A stretch of 47,647 bases of DNA from Myxococcota bacterium. GTDB taxonomy: Bacteria; Myxococcota_A; UBA9160; UBA4427. The stretch lies in the NCBI GenBank assembly GCA_036336835.1, contig JAYZFK010000042.1:1-47647 (forward strand), read 5' to 3'. Below the pieces are notes generated by a model. It was not told where the DNA came from. It did not search any database and was given only the letters and a program-made list of their open reading frames with translations. This document shows positions 28,303 through 35,613 of this stretch, piece by piece. Positions within the stretch are counted from its first letter, which is position 1; each line of letters begins with the position of its first letter. The translations under genes were made by a program, and so were the position numbers.

Positions 28303-29243
28303 GACGAGCTCGCTTCGGACCGCTCGCGCTGCCAGCGCTCGCGTCGATCCGCGTCCGCTCGATGCACCGTCAGCTCGTAGCGTCGCCCGTAGTAGCTCGA
28401 CACGATGCGGCCCGTCTCGGCATCGAGTCGCCAGCTGGCGCCGCGACGCAGCGCGTTCGGCAGGGAGGCGGGCTCCGCGTCCGGCAGCGCCTGCAGCACC
28501 GGATTCGGGCCGACCAGCAGCTGGCCGACATCGTCGAGATCGCGACCCACGCGCTCGCGGTACTGCTCGCGCGCCGCGTCGAGCTGCCGCGCCCTGCGCT
28601 CGACCTCGATCTCGTCGAGCGCCGCCAGATAGTTCGACCGGAGCTCTTCGTCCTCGGTGTCGCGGGCCAGCTGCGTGATGAAAGCGGCCGCAGTCGCGAG
28701 ATCACCCGTCTGAGAGCGAAGACGCGCAGCCAGCCGCGGAAGGTACGCCGGCGCACCGGGCAGACTCGACGCCTTCGCGAGCGCCTCTGCCGCCTCGCTG
28801 TTCTCCCCCAGATAGAAGAAGTGGTTGAAGCCGAGATAGAAGTGATTGCGCCACTCGTCCGGGTGGTACTCGATCCCGCGGCGCAGCAAGGCGTTTGCCT
28901 GGCGCACGCTCTCGGCGCTGTCCGTCAGCCAGATCGCCGCGAAGCGGTACGGATGGTCGACCCAGGGGTCGAGCGTCGTCACCAGATCGATCATCCGTCC
29001 CAGCACGGCCGAGTGCCGCGACGGCTCGACGCGTTCGGCGCCCACGATCTGGACCGCCCGCAGCCAGTAGTAGTCGGCCAGCGCCGCCTCGAATCCCAGC
29101 GAGGCGAGCTTCACCATCGCCGGACGCGGGACGAACTCCTCGTCGAGATCCAGCGGCGAAGCGGGCGGCGTCCGCTGGTGGATCTGTCCCGTCCCGAGGG
29201 CGAGCGCGACCGCTACCAGAGCCTTTGCTGCCTGTCCGATCAC
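28299..29243 (-). CDS. PilG/XapA-like pilin accessory TPR protein
   Basis: ADYYWLRAVQ, VTTLDP, YLGFNHFFYL, PGAPAYL; lies between the pilins and the ABC transporter, as in myxobacterial pilA-pilGHI-pilD. Confidence 0.75.
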   Translation of the reverse strand: MIGQAAKALVAVALALGTGQIHQRTPPASPLDLDEEFVPRPAMVKLASLGFEAALADYYWLRAVQIVGAERVEPSRHSAVLGRMIDLVTTLDPWVDHPYRFAAIWLTDSAESVRQANALLRRGIEYHPDEWRNHFYLGFNHFFYLGENSEAAEALAKASSLPGAPAYLPRLAARLRSQTGDLATAAAFITQLARDTEDEELRSNYLAALDEIEVERRARQLDAAREQYRERVGRDLDDVGQLLVGPNPVLQALPDAEPASLPNALRRGASWRLDAETGRIVSSYYGRRYELTVHRADADRRERWQRERSEASSS

Positions 29244-29282
29244 GTGTCCCTCACGACCGAGTCTCCGAGTACAACCATCCGA

Positions 29283-29885
29283 CTAGAAGTCGTCTGCGAC
29301 TCCCGGCGCCGGCGGATAGGCCACGACCGAGGCGTGGATCGGATCGCCGTTGAGATCGACCGGCGGTGGCTGATTGAACAACCCGGTGTTGCACACATTG
29401 CCGAGCTCGTCGGGCTGGAAGTACACGACCATCGACTGGCTGCCGTCGGCATCGAGATCGCCATAGGCGGAGATCGTGAGACAGCTGGAGCAGGCGCAAC
29501 CGGGGTGGTCGGCGCCGGCGCCGTTGAACACGCCGGTGCTCACCGCATCGTAGTCGTAGAAGACGTCGCCTTCTGGCGTCCAGCCGACGGGCCCGAAAGC
29601 CGCGCTCAGCTCGGCGACACTGCGTTTCTGACCGCCCGGCAGGCTGCCCTGGGTATTGCCCGGCTCGGCGAGCGGTACTCCGATATAGGCGCCGTACTCG
29701 GCGTGGAAGGACTTTTGCGCCATGGCGAGCGCGCTGAGGTTCACATAGGCCTCGCTGCGCTTCGAAGTGAGCTGATGCCTCGCGAAGGAGGGGATCGCGA
29801 TGGCTGCGAGCAGCCCGATGATGGCGAGCACGATCATCAACTCGATCAGGGTAAAGCCGCGCTTTGCCCGCGGGTTCGCTGCCAT
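29283..29885 (-). CDS. Second type IV pilin (PilA paralog)
   Basis: MAANPRAKRG|FTLIELMIVLAIIG class III signal with E5 and P22; GWTPEG and DLDADG shared with pilA. Confidence 0.88.
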   Translation of the reverse strand: MAANPRAKRGFTLIELMIVLAIIGLLAAIAIPSFARHQLTSKRSEAYVNLSALAMAQKSFHAEYGAYIGVPLAEPGNTQGSLPGGQKRSVAELSAAFGPVGWTPEGDVFYDYDAVSTGVFNGAGADHPGCACSSCLTISAYGDLDADGSQSMVVYFQPDELGNVCNTGLFNQPPPVDLNGDPIHASVVAYPPAPGVADDF

Positions 29886-29972
29886 GCTGCCGAGCCTTCC
29901 GCTTGCTGGGCCCTTGCCGAGGACCCGGAGATTCGAGGCCCCTCCGACCGGAGGAGAGAGCGATCGCACACT

Positions 29973-30004
29973 GGAGGGGACCGGGCTCGAGCCCGGCCCC
30001 CTCC
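29973..30004 (-). terminator. 14-bp GC-rich hairpin after pilA (no U-tract; terminator or stabiliser)
   Basis: GGAGGGGGCCGGGC-TCGA-GCCCGGTCCCCTCC with one G-U pair on the minus-strand transcript. Confidence 0.65.
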
Positions 30005-30028
30005 CGCGTAGCGAGGTCGGTCGGGGTG

Positions 30029-30583
<555 letters not shown>

Positions 30584-30669
30584 GGGTTGGAAACCTTCTA
30601 GTTGTATTGGTTGTGGCCAAACCCGACCCCGGGCCGACCCTCAACGCGTTCATCCGTCGTATGGAGCAG

Positions 30670-30686
30670 AGCAACCGACGTGCCAA
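30670..30686 (-). promoter_or_regulatory. sigma54 (-24/-12) promoter of pilA
   Basis: TTGGCACG-TCGG-TTGCT matches the TGGCACG-N4-TTGC consensus. Confidence 0.9.
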
Positions 30687-30708
30687 ACGTCGATGGCGCA
30701 GGTAGCTC

Positions 30709-30736
30709 ATCGGCAGTCGCGGACCCTCAACTTGAG
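30709..30736 (-). promoter_or_regulatory. Putative sigma28-like promoter upstream of pilA
   Basis: CTCAAG-N16-GCCGAT. Confidence 0.4.
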
Positions 30737-30810
30737 GCCTGCAGGGAAAAGTCGTCATCCGACCGGTCGAGTCACCGCTCCGCTGCCAGCGGAAGCTGCC
30801 GCCCGCGAGG

Positions 30811-30845
30811 TGCCGCGAATCGTCACCGGGTGCCGCATGGCGCCA
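30811..30845. promoter_or_regulatory. Tandem palindromic enhancer-like sites for a sigma54 activator (PilR-type)
   Basis: TGCCG-N5-CGTCA (30811-30825) and TGCCG-N5-CGCCA (30831-30845), 20 bp apart, about 150-185 bp upstream of the predicted pilA transcription start. Confidence 0.55.
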
Positions 30846-30876
30846 CCCATTGCGTGGGACGCGCGCGCAGTCGCCC

Positions 30877-30906
30877 TTGACGATCCAGCGGGGGCGCCGC
30901 TAGGTT
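30877..30906 (+). promoter_or_regulatory. sigma70-type promoter of tRNA-Glu
   Basis: TTGACG-N18-TAGGTT followed by a GC-rich discriminator. Confidence 0.6.
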
Positions 30907-30921
30907 GCCGCCGCCCGACGT

Positions 30922-30997
30922 GCTCCCATCGTCTAGCGGCCTAGGACGGGGCCCTCTCAAGGCTCAAACACGGGTTCGAGTCCCGTTGGGAGCACCA
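30922..30997 (+). tRNA. tRNA-Glu(CTC)
   Basis: Acceptor GCTCCCA/TGGGAGC, anticodon arm GGGCC-CT-CTC-AA-GGCTC, T loop TTCGAGT, encoded CCA. Confidence 0.95.
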
Positions 30998-31116
30998 TTC
31001 TTCGTCCGACGGCGCTTGCGCGCCAGTGTGCGTCGATCGCGCCTGCCTGCACGCCCCCGGAACGGTGCAGCGGGTGGCGACCTGAGATAGCGTGACGATC
31101 CGTACTCACCTGTCTT

Positions 31117-31167
31117 CGGGCGCTCTCTCGAAACCCGAAGCGTGTTCGAGTCCCGACGAGAACGCCC
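31117..31167 (+). repeat. Degenerate direct copy of the 3' half of tRNA-Glu
   Basis: Exact GTTCGAGTCCCG at 30974-30985 and 31144-31155; the flanks align mostly by transitions. Confidence 0.5.
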
Positions 31168-31223
31168 CGTTCTCTACGATCCGCGCGACGTCGCGAGGGC
31201 GATCCGGGCTCTGGAGATAGCGC

Positions 31224-31838
31224 GTGTCCGACTTCGTCTTCGCCTTCCTCGATTGCGAATTCGGCGGCCTCGACGTCGAAGCCCACGACATCACCGAGGT
31301 CGGCGTGGTGATGACCGACTACCGCCTGGCCGAGTTCTCGACGGGCCACTGGCGGGTCCAGTTCCGCCAGGAACGATCGAATCAGCAGGCGCGCGACATC
31401 TTCGGCTACGACGCAGAGCTGTGGGCCGACGCGGTCTCGATCCGCCAGACCCTCGAGCAGGTCAGCGAGCTGTGTCCGCGCGGCAAGAAGGTGGTACCCG
31501 CCGGCCAGAACGTGCGAATGGACGTGATGTTCCTCGAGCGGGCCTTCCGGCAGTGCGACCTGCCCTACCCGTTCGACTACCACGTGATCGATCTGGCGAC
31601 GCTCTTCTATGCCTGGTCGCTGGTGGCGGGCGAGCCCGTGGCCGCGCTGTCGCTGCGCCAGGCGGCAACGACTGCTGGGCTGGTGGATGGTCCGGTGCCG
31701 CACCGAGCGCTCGACGACGCCCGGCTCACGCTCGAGACCTTCCGCCACTACATCGGGCGGCTCTCGGCGCGCGAGCCGGCGGTCAGCGCGGCGGACCCGA
31801 CAGACTCTGCGGCGATCCCGGGCGGCGGCGACGCATAG
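31224..31838 (+). CDS. DEDDh 3'-5' exonuclease (DnaQ-like)
   Basis: ExoI FLDCEFGG, ExoII GQNVRMDVMFL, ExoIII HRALDDA. Confidence 0.88.
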   Translation: MSDFVFAFLDCEFGGLDVEAHDITEVGVVMTDYRLAEFSTGHWRVQFRQERSNQQARDIFGYDAELWADAVSIRQTLEQVSELCPRGKKVVPAGQNVRMDVMFLERAFRQCDLPYPFDYHVIDLATLFYAWSLVAGEPVAALSLRQAATTAGLVDGPVPHRALDDARLTLETFRHYIGRLSAREPAVSAADPTDSAAIPGGGDA

Positions 31839-32460
31839 CGCTCAGGCGTCGCCAGATCGAGCGCCGACTCGGCGGCGCGCCAGGTCGCAACCGATCGCGC
31901 CACTTTGCCAGGGCGCGGCGGTCGTAGACCAGCACCGTCGGCCGGTACCAGCGATACCAGACGCGGCCAGGGCGGAAGCACATGGCGGCCGCGAAATCGA
32001 CGAGCACCGGCTGCCCCCGCTCGTCCATCAACAGGTTGTCTCGATGGCGCAGATCGAGGTGCACCACACCGCAAGCGTGCATCGCCTCGACACTGGCTTC
32101 GAGCGCCGCGAGGAAGCCCGCAACCGATCGCGCTCCGCTGCGCTCGGCGAGAGCCCGCGAAAGCGGCTCGCCGCGGCGGTACTCGAGCGCAAAGGCGAGC
32201 CGGTCGATCGGCCCCAGCGCCTGGGGTACCGCCGCGACCTCGGCGAGCGCTCGGTAGATCCGCTGCTCGCGCCGGGCCAGCCAGGGGCCGAGTCGCCAGC
32301 GAACCCAGGCCGCGCGCGGCGCGTAGTCCTTGACGATGGCCTGGCCGCCGGGAGTGTCGACCAGCAGCACATCGGGCTTGATACCGCGGCCGCGCTTGAG
32401 CACCCGGCGGGTTGCGCTCGCGAGCTGCGCGCGATCGATGCCTGCGCCGGCCCGGGTCAT
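31783..32460 (-). CDS. Atypical kinase (Kdo/WaaP/RIO-like fold)
   Basis: IVKDY, RREQRIY, HACGVVHLDL..DNLL and VLVDF motifs. Confidence 0.78.
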   Translation of the reverse strand: MTRAGAGIDRAQLASATRRVLKRGRGIKPDVLLVDTPGGQAIVKDYAPRAAWVRWRLGPWLARREQRIYRALAEVAAVPQALGPIDRLAFALEYRRGEPLSRALAERSGARSVAGFLAALEASVEAMHACGVVHLDLRHRDNLLMDERGQPVLVDFAAAMCFRPGRVWYRWYRPTVLVYDRRALAKWRDRLRPGAPPSRRSIWRRLSAMRRRRPGSPQSLSGPPR

Positions 32461-32479
32461 CGGCTCATCGGGCCGAGAC

Positions 32480-33070
32480 TCACAGCGACACCGTGCGCAG
32501 CGCGACCAACGCCAGACCCACCACGACGCCGAGCGCAGTCCCCAGCTCGTTGTTCTCGCTGTAGCGCGCGAGGCTCCAACGGGCATTCCCCGCTGCCCCG
32601 CCCCGGTCAGGGTCGCGCGTCGAGCCTCGCTGAATGCCCGGGAGGGAGGGAAGCAGCGCGCCCACCCGAGCGCGGTAGGCCGTGTACGAACTCCCGTACC
32701 GCTGCTCGAGCAGCTGACTCTCGCGGCGCTCCTTGCTCGGGAAGTAGCTCACGAAGAACCACGACAGCAACGCCGCCAACGCCAGCCAGCCGGCCGGCCC
32801 GAGCGCGATGCCGAAACCGGCACAGATCAGCAGGGTACCCGCGTAGAGCGGGTGCCGGAGATACGCATACGGGCCGGTAACGGTCAGACTGTCGCGCTTG
32901 ACCAGGTGGCCGGCGCCCCAGGCCCGCAGTGCGAGCCCGAGCGCGACCAGGGTGGCGCCGACTAGAGTCTGTGCGGGCCGGGGCTCGAGCCAGGCGAGAC
33001 ACAGCCCGGCGACGAGCGCTGCGGGCAGGAAGCGCAGCCTGAGGTTCTTGAGACGAAGGGGATTCCGCAC
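32480..33070 (-). CDS. ICMT/PEMT-family integral membrane methyltransferase
   Basis: LRAWGAGHL, GPYAYLRHPLYAG and E..L..RYG..Y..YR..V motifs. Confidence 0.82.
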   Translation of the reverse strand: MRNPLRLKNLRLRFLPAALVAGLCLAWLEPRPAQTLVGATLVALGLALRAWGAGHLVKRDSLTVTGPYAYLRHPLYAGTLLICAGFGIALGPAGWLALAALLSWFFVSYFPSKERRESQLLEQRYGSSYTAYRARVGALLPSLPGIQRGSTRDPDRGGAAGNARWSLARYSENNELGTALGVVVGLALVALRTVSL

Positions 33071-33094
33071 TGGCGCGAACGTATCACGCTCGCG

Positions 33095-33340
33095 TCAGTC
33101 TCTGCGCACCCGCCCGTAGCCGAAGCTGCCCGACTGGATCAGCTCCCAGAGCTTCTCGCGCAGCCTGTGCTTGAAGCTCGGATCGGCAGGAATCTCGAAG
33201 AGATCAGCGGAGAGGAACTCGCGCAGCTCTTCGATCGGGACATCCAGCGCATTCTCGTCGAACAATTCGAACTCCAGCTCGCGGGGGATAGAGGTCGTTT
33301 CCGGGGTCACCGAGCGTCGGGATCCGTATCGGCGGCTCAT
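33095..33340 (-). CDS. Small acidic protein coupled to an ECF sigma (candidate anti-sigma)
   Basis: ATGA overlap with the sigma gene; EELREFLSAD..ADPSFKHRLREKLW helical motif; no TM. Confidence 0.65.
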   Translation of the reverse strand: MSRRYGSRRSVTPETTSIPRELEFELFDENALDVPIEELREFLSADLFEIPADPSFKHRLREKLWELIQSGSFGYGRVRRD

Positions 33341-33969
33341 TGGGCATGCTCCCCTTCGGCGGTCTCGAAGAAGATCCGCTTGACCCGGTACAGACTCGAT
33401 CGAACTGCATCGCCGCTGCGTTGCGTTCGGTCACAGATCTCGGAGATCGACAAGTTCTCCAGGTGTCGCATGCAGAAGATCTCGAGCTGCCATTCGGTGA
33501 GGGAGGCGAGCCGTGTTTCGAGTGCCTCGGTGTAGAGCCGCATGTCGAGTTGATCACCCGGGTCCGCACCGTCCACCGACATCGTCGAGGCAACGAGATC
33601 GAACTCGGCAGTATCGATCCGCTCCTCGCGGACCTTCTGCCGACGCAAATGGTTGTTGGCCGTGTTCTTCGCGATGCCGTAGATCCACGAGAGCAGAGAC
33701 GACTGCCCTCGAAAGGCATCCACCGAGCGGAAGACCGCCAGGAAGGCCTCCTGCGCAATCTCCTCTGCATCCGCGTGATTACGAACGCGTGAATAGGAGA
33801 AGGCGTAGACGCGGTTGAAGTAGCGCTCGTAGAGCTCGGTGAAGTGTGCTTCGCTGGACTGTCGAAGACCGACTAGCAACTCTTCATCGGACTGACTCTT
33901 CAGTCCCTGGCCCGAACTGGGAGCCCTGTGAGCAGCGGGCGATGTCGTATAGGCAGAGAGTGCGGGCAA
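33337..33969 (-). CDS. ECF sigma-70 factor
   Basis: DAEEIAQEAF, WIYGIAKN, region-4 HTH SISEIC..SGDAVRSSLYR; TTG with GAGGA SD. Confidence 0.9.
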   Translation of the reverse strand: MPALSAYTTSPAAHRAPSSGQGLKSQSDEELLVGLRQSSEAHFTELYERYFNRVYAFSYSRVRNHADAEEIAQEAFLAVFRSVDAFRGQSSLLSWIYGIAKNTANNHLRRQKVREERIDTAEFDLVASTMSVDGADPGDQLDMRLYTEALETRLASLTEWQLEIFCMRHLENLSISEICDRTQRSGDAVRSSLYRVKRIFFETAEGEHAQ

Positions 33970-34143
33970 CGCGTATTCCTCATCGCGTTAACCCTTCCCA
34001 GAGGCCGTGGAGGCAGGAAATCGCTCCCTACTTCACGTACCTATGTGGTGCAAGGCGGCTCTGGGTGGCAGAACTTTTCGTACTAGGTGGTTTTTTTCCT
34101 ACGATCCCGACTGTCGCGGGGCTGGCGTGGCATAGACGCCGCC

Positions 34144-34722
34144 TCAACCGCGGAGCAGCACCTCCAGCCCGGGCGTCCCTTCGGCGATCGAGCGACGCAT
34201 CCGGTAGAGGTTGGCCTTGATCGCGTCCTCGGACTTGCCCAGCGCCGCGGCGATGGCCCGAATGGGCTGCTGCCGAAGGTGCTTGAGCTGGAAGATCTGG
34301 CGTTGCAGGGGCGTCAGATCGTTCTCGATGGCGGCCTCGCAGCGGCCGAGCATCCGGCGGGCGTCGACGGCGTCGTCGGTCGGCGCGGCCTCGGCCGCGA
34401 GCTCGGCCGCCTCACCGCTGTCGATCGACTCGAAACGGGGCCGCAGCCCACGGAAGCGGCGATTCACCTTGTTGCGGGTGATCCCGAAGATCCAGACGAT
34501 CAGCGCAGATTCGCCCTTGTAGGAGGGCAGCGCGCTCAGGAGGGTCATGAAGACCTCCTGGGTCACGTCCTCTGCTTCTCCGGTGTCGCGCAGGCGCTTC
34601 AGCGCAAAGCGGTATACCCGCGGGAAATACGCTTCGTAGAGGAGGTCGAAATGCTCTGCGCTGCCTGCCAGAATCTGATGGACGAGCTCTCCGTCCGACT
34701 CCCACGCCTTCGAGTTTCTCAC
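34144..34722 (-). CDS. ECF sigma-70 factor (paralog of neighbour)
   Basis: EAEDVTQEVF, WIFGITRN, IAAALGKSEDAIKANLYR; GTG 34722. Confidence 0.9.
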   Translation of the reverse strand: MRNSKAWESDGELVHQILAGSAEHFDLLYEAYFPRVYRFALKRLRDTGEAEDVTQEVFMTLLSALPSYKGESALIVWIFGITRNKVNRRFRGLRPRFESIDSGEAAELAAEAAPTDDAVDARRMLGRCEAAIENDLTPLQRQIFQLKHLRQQPIRAIAAALGKSEDAIKANLYRMRRSIAEGTPGLEVLLRG

Positions 34723-34957
34723 GGTCGCCTCGCTTCCTCGATGGTCAGCGGGACTCGACGGGTGTCGAATGCGGCCGGGCCGCAGCGCCTTCGGTTGGGT
34801 AGATCGGAATTGCCGTTTCCGGCCCGCGATCGGGCAGCTTCTCTGCAGCCACCCATGGAAGATCACGGCTCTCTGTTCCCGATTCCCCTTCGTCCAGCAA
34901 TCCTCGCGTAACCGTTGCACTTTCCAAGAGCTGGGCCTGCGCCCGGAGCAGTAGTGG

Positions 34958-34973
34958 AGCAAGTGGCGTGCCA
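34958..34973 (-). promoter_or_regulatory. sigma54 promoter upstream of the ECF pair
   Basis: TGGCACG-CCAC-TTGCT is a consensus match; IHF-like TACCAA-N4-TTG at 35011-35023. Confidence 0.8.
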
Positions 34974-35151
34974 CTCGGCGGGGCGCGGAACCCCCGCCGG
35001 GACAATCTGGCAACCGATTGGTATTGCGAGGCTTTCTACCGCTCTTCCCTCGAACGAGGGATAGCGTGCGAGATGACGACCCTGTGAAATCTCGTTCCCT
35101 TTGTGTGACCTCCGCTTCTCATCAGTGAGCAAGATCTTGCGTGGTTGCCGC

Positions 35152-35613
35152 TCAGACCTTGCCCGGCACGATCCACCAGCGGCCGCTCTCGTCGATCTCC
35201 CAGACGTCCTCACGCACCAGATCGATCTCCCACCAGCGCAGCGGCAGACCGTTCTCGCCCGTGAACCGCACCCACAGGCGCACCTGATTGGCCGACAGGC
35301 GAGCGGCTGCATCCACCTGCACGCGCGTGGGCCGGCTGGCCTCGAAGTGCACACTCTCGAGCTCGAAGGCGAGCTCGGCGTAGTAGTCCGAGTAGGACTC
35401 GCGGGTGCGGAAGAACTCGCGCAGCGCAGGATCCTGAAAGGTCGCAAGGCTGTTGAACCGCCGGTTCTCGAGCCGGTCGTAGAAGTCCCGGGCGAGGGCG
35501 CGAAGCCGGTCCAGGTCGAGCTCGGGCCCTCCGCTGTACGACGACTCCGGCGGAGCTACCGGCGAGGCGGCGCAGGCCAGGACCAGCAGCAGGCCGCCGA
35601 ACCGCGTTCTCAC
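35152..35613 (-). CDS. Hypothetical lipoprotein
   Basis: GTG overlaps the ppdK stop; MRTRFGGLLLVLA-C lipobox. Confidence 0.7.
   Translation of the reverse strand: MRTRFGGLLLVLACAASPVAPPESSYSGGPELDLDRLRALARDFYDRLENRRFNSLATFQDPALREFFRTRESYSDYYAELAFELESVHFEASRPTRVQVDAAARLSANQVRLWVRFTGENGLPLRWWEIDLVREDVWEIDESGRWWIVPGKV

Noticed and set aside
29903..29919. GG-N10-GC before the second pilin as a sigma54 promoter
   Set aside because: Poor match outside the two dinucleotides (CGGCAAG-GGCC-CAGC).
31783..31838. 56-nt convergent overlap of the exonuclease and kinase genes
   Set aside because: Low-complexity C-terminal run-on is common in GC-rich genomes; no evidence of function.
34745..34926. Possible ~60-aa ORF in the long leader of the ECF pair
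   Set aside because: No convincing SD/start pair or motif; coding status cannot be supported.
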